In this document: in pieces, positions 54,501 through 64,000 of the stretch
How positions within the stretch are numbered: position 1 is the stretch's first letter
Layout: each line of letters opens with the position of its first letter
Assembly (NCBI RefSeq): GCF_964355755.1
Contig: NC_092673.1
Location: forward strand, 17,543,648 to 17,607,647
Direction of reading: 5' to 3'
DNA: 64,000 bases
From: Antedon mediterranea
Taxonomy: Eukaryota > Animalia > Echinodermata
Notes under the pieces: model-generated
Seen by the model: the letters and a program-made list of their open reading frames with translations, nothing else
Databases searched by the model: none
What the model was told of the DNA's origin: nothing
Translations under genes and position numbers: made by a program

Positions 54501-57500
54501 AATCGTACTTACAGTGAAACACTGAATTACTGTAATTTTTACAATGTTAAAACATTTTAAAACTATTAAATTAAATTTTAATAGTAAGTAACACCATATA
54601 AAACTAAACTACTGTACACATAAATAACAGAAAAAAAATAAAGTTGCTGTGATTTTCAGCTTCCTAAAAAAATTCAGTTGCACTAAACAACACAAAAGAA
54701 ATTTAATGGAAAATCAGCCTACAATTTGTCTGAAATTGATGGCGAATTAAATACAGTAATTGTATAAAATCTTCAATACTTCAAAGAACTGCAGTTTTAC
54801 CACACTGCCGTCATTCTAAAAGCTGTATTTAGATTATTATTATTTAACTTTATTTATACTATATGTATAAATTTTATTGATTGGACTAATCATTATAAAT
54901 ACACTTAAAAAATGTAAACAACATTTTTAAACTTGAAGCAGATCACAAGTGCTTGAATTCAGAGCGGAATAGAAGATTCAGAGACATATGTACTGTACTC
55001 ATAAAACAGCCTATAGTTGATCAAAAATGTTCAGTTTAAAAAAATCTTGTCTGAATTTTAGGAGGTTGATAAAGAACAAGCATACCAGGGAGAGAAACTT
55101 TTAGAAGGAGGTACAGTACGGTCTTTGTATAAAGACTTGGAAATAAGTGTTGAAATACCAAATCAAGAATGGAGAATAGTGGATAAAAGAAAAAAAGTAA
55201 GAATATTTATTTTGTTTTTCTTTGTAATAATTAATAATTGAAAATTCTATCTATCTATACAAAATTTAATATCATCACAATGATTCCAATTAAACAGGAT
55301 ATTGAAAAAATCTCTAAACCCCACCTTAACATTTCTGAAATAAATAAAAAACTTGAAGTGAGTAAAAAACAATAAGAATTTGTTGATTATTGGTACTGTA
55401 CTACCAATGGTCTGAAAAAACCCATTAAACTAGGCCTACTAGACTCAAGCCTCATTTTTTGTTTATTACTCGATAGTTTTACTTGTAAATGTTTGAATTC
55501 AATTCAATTAAATTCATTTATTTTCCAGAAAGACATAAAAAACATATATTTATTTGTAAACACTTTTATTTTCATTTATCCGACTCATCGTCAGGGCTTA
55601 ATGTATATATATTACTGTATTTTCAATTGGATTTAATTGATTATGAAATTAAAATATAAGATTTTTAAATAAATTGGTTTTCTTGTTTGATTTTCCTGAA
55701 CTAGGGTAGGCTCCATCCTACTGGAAGATAACTGGTTCCCAAAAGATAGAGTTTTGTCATTTTGCGTGTGAATTAATGATTAGCTTACTTCTAACTATAG
55801 GCCTATGTCTGAATCGATTAATACTTTGCTCGGAGCGCTTATGTCAACTGAGTTGAGTTTGAGCCCAGGTTTTTGAGAATTACGGCCCACCACTGTTGAA
55901 ATGAAATTTCTTTGATTTGAAGATAACCTGGTTTGATATTGACCTTAATCTAATGACCTTACAGTATTTGAGTATTAAAAATCTGACTACAGTGCCCATC
56001 TACAAATTCAAAATCAGTAAAAACTAACTACTGTACTTTTTAAAATTTATCACCATACTTTCTTTTTAGATTATTCCTGCTGAATACCTATCGTTCGAAA
56101 TATCATATGAGAAATTTTTTTTAAAAAGAAAGAATTCATCCACAAATCTTCTAAAGGCAAAGTTATTGCTTTCACAAGATTCAAATTTTATTCCCGAAGT
56201 GGAAGTGGTTTGTAAGTACAATTTAAGTAGCAAAAATCTACATATAAAACACATTATAATTTATAAAGTACATTGTTCTTTTTGAAAACTATTGAATCTG
56301 TGATCTTGGACATGTATCCTAATTAAACCACAAATCATATTTTTTTTCCAGGTGATATTGGAACATTGGTTTCAAGCCAAAGTATGTATTTTCAGTAGTA
56401 ACTGTTTATATTATATATTTCCTTCATGAAAAACTAATAATTCGTCCATCCAAAATAGAGCAACTTTTGTTTTAGTTAAATTTTTAGTAACATAAAAAGA
56501 GATTGTTTGCATGAGGTACAGTATATTTTTTTGTTTTTAGTCAGAATTCAAATTAACATGCTACATTCTTCACATGCAAAAATAATGTTGTTATAACCAC
56601 TTGAATGTATTGTTTGTTACAGGTAATGTTGTACCATCAAGATCAAATTCAGGTATAATTATTATATTTTTATGTTCCAATTTTTTTTTTGTACAATGAT
56701 GGTGACAGTGAATGGATTAACATCAATAATCTAAATCAACAGTATTAATTATAAAAGAAAGTGTGTATTAGTCATAACAGGGACCAGTAAGTAAGTATAT
56801 CAAAATAAAGAAATTTAAGTAAACCATTCAAAATCATTGTAATTAATTATGGGTAAAAAGACATTTATTAACACACAAGAAGAATAGGCCTACTTCTTCA
56901 TATAATTCAAAGAAACCTAATAGAATTATCAACTGTTTCATTCCAACTTTTCAAAATAAATCATTTTAATACAGTTTTTTTTATATGAGTGTGCAAATGT
57001 AATTGTTTATTTTTTAATGAAAATTGGTAATTTAGTGAATAACTAGAGGGTACTCCGAGAGTACAAACCTCCGCCTACTGTAAAATTCCCCTACATAAAA
57101 TTTTCCCGGAAAATATATATAGTTCTAAGTGTAAATAGGCTAACTGCACACTACAAAGTTGTGGATGAGAGTTTGGTGTAATGGTTATGTATCCAGCCTC
57201 TCACAGTTGAGATCGCTGGTTCAAGTCCCACTGAAGTTATTTTTTTTTAATTATTATTTTTTTATTTCTTTTTTTGTTTTGTTTTTTGTGGACCTTAATG
57301 ATCTTTGACCCTGACCCTTCAAAATTTAACCACAATTATATGATGAGTCATTGATCATTGTGGCTAAGTTTGGTGAGATTTGGATAAAAACTGTGGTCTC
57401 TAGGCAGTAAAATAGTTTTTTGTTAGTTGTGACCTTGAACTATGACCTTTTCCCCTCAAATTCAAACTCGTCCGAGCTTTTGAGGAATAGATCATTGTAG

Positions 57501-58536
57501 CCAAATTTGGTGAGATTCGGATAAAAACTGTGGCCTCCAGGCTGTTCACAGACACACACACACACAAACACACAGGGGTGAAAACCTCCATGGCGGAGGT
57601 AATAAAATAGTATTACTCAAAAGATAATGCTACTTAAATCTATTATAAGCAAATTTAAAAGGTTTAGCTCTTTAATAATTAAAACAAAATTGCACACATG
57701 AATGCATTTCAACTTGTAAAGATTTGTTTTTACAATCTATATATAAATTATGGTTAATTCTGACATAGTTGAGGACAATGGAAAAACTTCGGTATAAATC
57801 TAGAGAACCATTCGGGTACAACCAGTGGAGGGTGCGCGAGCGAACCCTCTAGTAGTGATAATTGTAATTGTAATAAAGAGGACTACTTTTTTCTTTTTGC
57901 AGTCACTGTAAATCCATGGCAAGTAAGGTTCAACAAGTTGAAACATGATCTTAGTCTAGTCTATGTTGGTGATAAATTTCTCTTACTGAGATGCTGTCTC
58001 TTTGACCACATAGATCTACATCACCTTACTGATCCAGGTAGCATCGCACATTACCTATTTAACAAACTCCATGAAAAGCGTTATATCACACCTACTAATG
58101 TCAGTCTATTGTTAGACATTGCTAAAGTATCAGATTTGAATGATGTTGAAATTCTTATAAATCAGTATGTGATTGACAACAAGGTTCCAAACACTGATGA
58201 AGAAAAACTTTCACCATACAGGTCAAAATTGTGTGAGGCATTGAAGCAATTTGACCAAAATACTTTAAATGGTGTAATTGCTTTCTATGGATTGGATTCA
58301 ATGAGAATGCAATTGCCAACCATTTGGGATTTAGTGTTTCACCTGGAGAGAACTGGAAAATTAGTAGAAGAATCAGAAAGGAAGATTTTTGCTGAGCGTC
58401 TTGGAACAATTGCAAACAATATACTATTAACGGTATGTATTTGGTAAATTAAACATTTTTTTTATAAAAAAAAAACCCACAAAAATGCCATTCACTACCA
58501 ACCTGTTTTTTCCTACAGGTACTTGCTGATGAATGA
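42565..58536 (+). CDS. spliced gene 2: ankyrin-repeat / ZU5 / UPA-like / tandem DED-like protein, about 805 aa
   Basis: Exons, all AG/GT and phase-compatible: 42565-42572, 42962-43055, 43759-43866, 44086-44193, 44413-44520, 44684-44791, 44955-45062, 45226-45333, 46212-46296, 50171-50263, 52924-53001, 53933-54459, 55062-55196, 56070-56211, 56352-56381, 56623-56652, 57903-58432, 58519-58536 (TGA). Sum 2418 nt, open throughout. Start and last exon are less certain. Confidence 0.85.
43194..43535. repeat. about 71-bp intronic tandem repeat, about 5 copies
   Basis: acactgatgatggaggtataacctgcatRtactgattaaccacattaggctaaaaataataatata... Confidence 0.9.
43759..45333 (+). CDS. six tandem 108-nt ankyrin-repeat exons of gene 2 (exon+intron units of 327, 327, 271, 271, 271 bp)
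   Basis: DGETPLHIYLWSGYPPNLEIVTCLIQHGAPVALQNK; YGETPLHSYLRSRYTPTLEIV...; 4 x NGDTLLHSYLWSVRTPTLEIV.... Matches ankyrin consensus GxTPLH...LEIVxxLxxxGA; ttccag acceptors and aag|gta donors. Confidence 0.93.
48100..48760 (-). pseudogene. degenerate non-LTR retrotransposon RT fragment (intronic)
   Basis: Minus-strand remnants GIQQGSPLPSSLFNIFMN, LLLFAD and MVFKK...YTYLEVVF, with stops and frameshifts. Confidence 0.7.
53360..53428 (-). repeat. tRNA-derived SINE-like head
   Basis: Minus strand gagctcggtggtctggagg...ctagtaatctggaggtcatgggtttgagtcc has A-box and B-box-like motifs but no good cloverleaf; similar heads at ~51092 and ~57170. Confidence 0.45.
53933..54459 (+). CDS. ZU5-domain exon of gene 2, with HFS motif and start of UPA-like region
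   Basis: VDSTGGTLHL..IKLEIQPGAI...IISPIVKCGPEGTIFHKPCLLSFPHNA..W is the ZU5 signature; FINLIHFSGF with HFS at 54319-54327. Confidence 0.93.
57042..57603 (-). mobile_element. HINE/DINE-1-like element in an intron of gene 2
   Basis: aactagagggtactccgagagtacaaacctccgcc ... (ca)n ... aacctccatggcggaggtaat: stem-loop, subTIR acctccgcc/ggcggaggt, microsatellite and tgacctt repeats; contains a tRNA-like segment at 57165-57240. Confidence 0.75.
57903..58432 (+). CDS. tandem death-effector-domain-like exon of gene 2
   Basis: FNKLKHDLS...LRCCLFDHI...YLFNKLHEKRYITPTNVSLLLDIAKV...LINQY followed by SPYRSKLCEALKQF...IWDLVFHLERTGKL. Both fit the DED pattern (LFxxLExxxxI..N..LL; SPYR between tandem DEDs). 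Confidence 0.75.
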
Positions 58537-58560
58537 GAAGATCCACTTTCATCCAAGCAG

Positions 58561-59770
58561 GTACCATGTGAGACAATGAAGAAAGTAATTTACCATTACC
58601 ATGTAAACCATTGCCATGTGAGACAATCTAGCAACTACCATTGCCGTGTGAAAAAATCAAGCACGTACCATTGCCATGTGAGACAATCTAGCAACTACCA
58701 TTACTGTGTGAAAAAATCAAGCAAGTACCATTGCCATGTGAGACAATCTAGCAACTACCAGTACTGTGTGAGAAAATCAAGCAAGTACCATTGCCATGTG
58801 AGACAATCTAGCAACTACCATTATCATGTGAGAAAATCAAGCAAGTACCATTGCCATGTGAGACAATCTAGCAACTACCATTATCATGTGAGAAAATCAA
58901 GCAAGTACCATTGCCATGTGAGACAATCTAGCAACTACCATTATCGTGTGAAAAAATCAAGCAAATACCATTGCCATGCGAGACAATCTAGCAACTACCA
59001 TTACTGTGTGAAAAAATCAAGCAAGTACCATTGCCATGTGAGACAATCTAGCAACTACCATTATCATGTGAGAAAATCAAGCAAGTACCATTGCCATGTG
59101 AGACAATCTAGCAACTACCATTATCGTGTGAGAAAATCAAGCAAGTACCATTGCCATGTGAGACAATCTAGCAACTACCATTACCGTGTGAAAAAATTAA
59201 GCAAGTACGGTACCATTGCCATGTGAGACAATCTAGCAACTACCATTATCGTGTGAAAAAATCAAGCAAATACCATTGCCATGCGAGACAATCTAGCAAC
59301 TACCAGTACTGTGTGAGAAAATTAAGCAAATACCATTGCCATGTGAGACAATCTAGCAACTACCATTACTGTGTGAGAAAATTAAGCAAGTACCATTGCC
59401 ATGTGAGACAATCTAGCAACTACCAGTACTGTGTGAGAAAATTAAGCAAGTACCATTGCCATGTGAGACAATCTAGCAACTACCAGTACTGTGTGAGAAA
59501 ATCAAGCAAGTACCATTGCCATGTGAGACAATCTAGCAACTACCATTATCGTGTGAGAAAATCAAGCAAGTACCATTGCCATGTGAGACAATCTAGCAAC
59601 TACCAGTACTGTGTGAGGCAATCTAGCAACTACCATTATCATGTGAGGAAATCTACCTAAAAGTACCATTACCATGTGAAACAATCAAGCTAGTACCATC
59701 GAGTGACAATCAAGCAACTACAATTATTGTGTGTGACAAGCAAGTACCATTACTATGTGACAAGCAAATG
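58561..59770. repeat. 60-bp (2 x 30-bp) tandem repeat, about 18 copies with degenerate edges
   Basis: gtaccattgccatgtgagacaatctagcaa-ctaccattaYYRtgtgaRaaaatcaagcaa. Confidence 0.95.
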
Positions 59771-60586
59771 CCACTGACTGATAAAATCAAGTGAGTACCA
59801 TAAATACTGTGTGAGGTTTAAAAAATGCCACCAATCTTCTATCAGTACTGTAAATCACAACGCAAACAAATTGACCAATTAAAAACAAATTTATTATTAA
59901 ATTATTATGATCAATTCGCTTGCATTGCGGTTTACGCCCTTGCGATGCGTCGTATTGAGAAATAAGAATGTTTCCAGTCACTTTGAACAAACATTTCGTT
60001 AGATCAAGTATAAAAATAAATGGTCTGAACAACTTGCATTCAGTCTTATGTTTTTAGACTTTTACTAGTTACCAAGGTTAGGTTATAATAAGATTTTTCA
60101 ACAAAATGTTCATATTAGTGTATAGTGAATATAATAATCAAATTTCAAAACCGTTCAGTAGATTAAGTAAAGATTAAGCAATAATTTCTTCATGAAGAAC
60201 TCCTTGTCACCATTTACAGCAAAGAAACTGTAAAAAGACATTCCTAAGTAAAGTGCCATGTTTAAATAAATGCCTATAAAGTACAGAAATAGGATCATAA
60301 CTAATTATTGTGTTAATTTTAGGCAGTAGTAGTGAAGATGAAAGTGAGGGCACACCATTGAGTCAAAGTTACTAGAGTACATTTAATGTCTAATCTTAAG
60401 TTTAAGAATAAAACACATTAGGTATTAATTGTTTTTTCTTGTTTCTAGAGCTGAATATAGATAAACCACTAAAAAATTATATTCATAACCATATTCTTAA
60501 AATTTCAAGATAATTTATGATTCAAATGATTGCTATATTATACTGAATTCATTACATGATATGAAAACCTGTTTTTCTTCATATAG

Positions 60587-60770
60587 ATTTCTCAGAGGAC
60601 GGTTTTAAACAGTTGATTGCAGACTTTGCAAAATGGTTTGATGAACGTGAACTCCTTAACAGGCTACAAGTTCTATTTATAGAAATAAGAGACATTGAAG
60701 AAGTGAAAATTTTATTTTGGATCTGGAATCGCGAGGGTTGCTGAGTGAAGACCAAATTGAATCCATTGAG
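60587..60770 (+). pseudogene. relic DED-like exon downstream of the gene 2 stop codon
   Basis: ttcttcatatag acceptor, then DFSEDGFKQLIADFAKWFDERELLNRLQVLFIEIRDIEEVKILF and, after a frameshift, LESRGLLSED; runs into a tandem repeat. Confidence 0.55.
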
Positions 60771-60779
60771 AAGTCATAT

Positions 60780-61362
60780 TGTACACTACATTGCAGATTG
60801 TACACTATAGTCTATCTTGTGTGAGCAGCCATTTTTTTGTCAATGTAGTGTTAGCGTGTCATACCTCAGTGTGTGTATTGTAATACTGTACCACAATGCA
60901 GGTAGTACACTAATAGTTGAATGAGCAGCCATTTATTTGTCAATGTAATGTTAGCGTGTCATACTTCAGTGTGTGTATTGTAATACCACAATGCAAGTAG
61001 TACACTATAGTCTGAGCAATGAGCAGCCGTTTATTTGTCAATGTAATGTTAGCGTGTCATACCTCAGTGTATGTATTGTAATACCACAATGCAGGTAGTA
61101 CACTAATAGTTGAATGAGCAGCCGTTTATTTGTCAATGTAATGTTAGCATGTCATACCTCAGTGTATGTACAGTATTGTAATATCACAATGCAGGTAGTA
61201 CACTATAGTCTGAGCAATGAGCAGCCGTTTATTTGTCAATGTAATGTTAGCGTGTCATACCTCAGTGTATGCATTATAATACCACAATGCAGGTAGTACA
61301 CTATAGTCTGAGCAATGAGCAGCCGTTTATTTGTCAATGTAATGTTAGCGTGTCATACCTCA
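60780..61362. repeat. about 95-bp tandem repeat, about 6 copies
   Basis: gagcagccRtttatttgtcaatgtaatgttagcgtgtcatacctcagtgt...ccacaatgcaggtagtacacta. Confidence 0.92.
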
Positions 61363-62234
61363 TTATTTGTACAGACACAGTTGTAGCAGACCTACCACTA
61401 AAACAATTCAACATTTACTTTTAATTTGATTATTTATACATCCTCTATATATCTCTTTATTTAACCTCACATTGACAGGTTACCTTCACTTTTCTAGCTA
61501 ATGGATTTTAAGAATGTTAATGACTCTAACAGAAAACCACATTAATTCTCTTAATCCTAATTGGTCAGATGAGATGGGCCAAGCCCAATATTATCATGCA
61601 CTGACCACATTATTAACACTCTTTTCTCAACTAGTCATGTAGCTACACCGTTTTATTGCTCTGTCTTATCAAACATTGTATATTGTATATTTTATCTGTT
61701 TATTGAGAATCCTCACTTAATTCACTTGGAATAAATGGCATACTTACTTTATACATTTAGTAGTTGTTTTATTTTACCGTTGCGCCAACAATTACTAAAC
61801 AGTATTATATTATACATATTTTATGCAACCGTAAGATTAAAGTTTTGGTTTTTTTTATTGGTTTCCATTTTATAATAATTTAGTATTTGTTTGTTTAAAT
61901 GAATTTGAATAACAATAGCTATGTATGTGTTTAATAGCCCTTAACATTTTTGGGAAATTGTTTTTAAATGCAAACAAACTACCGGCATAAAAACGATAAT
62001 GCAATTAAGAATTCATTTTATGTTTACAATGAGATTTCAATTTAGCATAAATGACCCACCCTTTTATTTATTTGTTGACCTTTCACCTTTGAATCAGTGA
62101 CACAAAAAGTGTTGCAGTCAAGTTTAAAAACAAACAGAAAATATGAAATTAAATAATAAAAAAGGGAAAATAAATGGGAAGTACCCATAAGTAAAATATG
62201 TTAAAATTAAAGCTAATCAGAAGAAAAATGACTT

Positions 62235-64000
62235 AAGTAACTTACTTACTTACTTGTTTACTTGTTTCCGGAGCTCAGCAATGCTGGGTCCGGAGTCGAG
62301 GCTAGGCTATGCCTATAAGCCCCTCTTGATAATTACATCAACTCTTGAATATGGCGCAAATTTAAGAGGGTGGTTGGACCATGCCCGTTCAAGACCGGAC
62401 TTAAATTGATTGGTTGATCTTGAAGCTACTACATCCTCCGATAACGAATTCCATAATATAATAGCTTTTCGACCAAATGAGTCCCTCATCCAATTTGTGC
62501 GTGAGAACTTAAATTTTAATTTAAAAGAATGACCACGTGTTCTAACATCTTCATCACGCTCAAAAAAAGAATCAGCAGAAATACTATCCACTCCATGTAA
62601 AATTTTAAAAATCTGTATCAAATGAGCTCTTTGCCTTCTGTATGCGAGAGTAGGTAGGTTGAGAATTTTCAGCCTTTCTGAATAAGGTAAATGACGAATG
62701 GAAAAAATAAGCTTGGTGGCGCGTTCTTGGACTTTTTCCAATAGGTCTTCCTCCTTACAATGTAGCGAGTTAAAAACAACGTTGCAGTATTCCAAGGTCG
62801 GACGAATAATAGCTTTATATAAACGAAGAAACCCATCCATATTTAAAAACTTGAAAGCTCGATATACCATGCCCAACTTCCGATTTGCTCTCATTGCTAC
62901 ATCTGCCACATGTACATTAAAAACAAGTTTAGAGTCAATAGTAACACCGAGGTCTTTTTCATGATCAACTTCATTCAATAAGAAACCACGCATGGCATAC
63001 AGATGTTTGTTGTTTTTCTTCCCAAAGTGCATTACTTTGCACTTACCCTCGTTAAAAGGTAATTGCCATTTGTCAGACCAGTCACATGCTTTCTCTAAAT
63101 CTTCTTGTAGAACTTGAGCATCATTCACAGTGTTAACTACTCTATACAATTTAGTATCATCTGCAAACATGCGTACAGAGGAAGAAATAACAGAAGGTAA
63201 ATCATTTATAAACATACAGTAATGAAAAGAACAGGTCCAACGACGCTTCCTTGCGGGATACCACTACGAACATCAGCCCAATCTGAAACACATCCATTGA
63301 CACTAACCCGTTGTTGTCTATCGTTAAGAAATTCTTGAAACCAGTTTAGAAGTTTACCTCTAATACCCAATGCACTCATTTTCAGAAGGAGTCTATGATG
63401 AGGCACACTATCGAAAGCCTTCTTGTAGTCAAGGTAGATACAATCAAAACAATCCTGATTATCAAAATAAGAAAACCAGTTTTCAAGAACATCAAGTAAT
63501 TGTAAAGCACAGGAACGACCTTGCCGGAAACCAAATTGCTCATAACAAATAAGTGAGTGATGTTCAAGAAAGTCCAATAATTCCTTCCTGATAATTCTCT
63601 CCATAATTTTACCAACTACCGAAGTTAAACTCACAGGTCTATAGTTGCTTGGGTCAGACTTCACTCCTTTTTTAAAAATCGGTACCACTGTAGCCCGTTT
63701 CCAACTATTAGGGACGGCTCCTTCTAGAAACAATTTCGTAAAAATAATATGGAGGGGGTAGCAAATGATATCCTTTACTGTAGTTCGACTAAGATGCGTG
63801 GGTGAATACCATCAGGTCCAGCTGTTTTAGTAATATTCAACGTTGATAAAATATTTAAGATTTCGTCACAAGGAAAGTCAACTTGAGATAAAAAATCCTC
63901 TGAAGTGTCATCAATAGCCGGTACATTCGAAAAATTTTCATCGACAAATACACTACTAAAAAACGTGTTTAGCAACTCAGCCTTGTCCTTGTCATCAGAC
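62235..64000 (-). mobile_element. CR1-clade LINE, 3' part of ORF2 (reverse transcriptase), frameshifted; continues beyond the window
   Basis: ORFs 63775-63975, 63206-63733 and 62313-63215: GPDGIHPR, NYRPVSLTS, QFGFRQGRSC, YLDYKKAFDSVPH, SGIPQGSVVGP, MFADDTKLY, EKDLGV, RTRGH. Short 3' UTR and (gtaa)n-like tail at 62235-62268. Confidence 0.96.

Noticed and set aside
57165-57240. tRNA gene candidates (also ~33480-33550, ~51092-51160, ~53360-53428)
   Set aside because: A/B-box-like motifs are present but acceptor stems do not pair and they sit within repeats; treated as tRNA-derived SINE heads
42565-58536. Naming gene 2 ANK1/2/3, UNC5 or PIDD1
   Set aside because: Single ZU5, few atypical 36-aa ankyrin repeats, no Ig/TSP/TM or LRR, and DED-like rather than death-domain end; no orthology support
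58576-59660. His/Cys/Ser-rich 216- and 145-aa ORFs
   Set aside because: Translations of the 60-bp minisatellite, broken by a 4-bp insertion near 59210; located downstream of the gene 2 stop

Overview
AT-rich eukaryotic genomic DNA with spliceosomal introns, most consistent with a marine invertebrate such as an echinoderm (organism inferred, not shown). There are no prokaryotic operons, rRNA or CRISPR arrays. Two + strand intron-rich genes can be spliced by hand in a consistent reading frame. Gene 1 (3' part only, 198-5036) has a Cys/His motif resembling the end of a Roco COR domain, a micro-exon linker and two C-terminal hydrophobic helices. Gene 2 (42565-58536, about 805 aa) has the architecture ankyrin repeats - ZU5 ending in an HFS autoproteolysis-type motif - UPA-like - tandem death-effector-like domains. 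Its ankyrin repeats are six tandemly duplicated phase-0 single-repeat exons whose differences are almost all non-synonymous and lie in the predicted binding face. This is the most interesting system in the window: a candidate diversifying, PIDD/UNC5CL-like immune or cell-death sensor. The intergenic region holds a deep transposon nest: two inverted copies of a TTAA-TSD element, Harbinger-type insertions, and a deleted Gmr1-like Gypsy element interrupted by a TIR element. It also holds Helentron-associated-like elements, LINE fragments, about a dozen unrelated minisatellites and a CR1 LINE at the right end. All domain and family calls are by-eye pattern recognition, not database searches.
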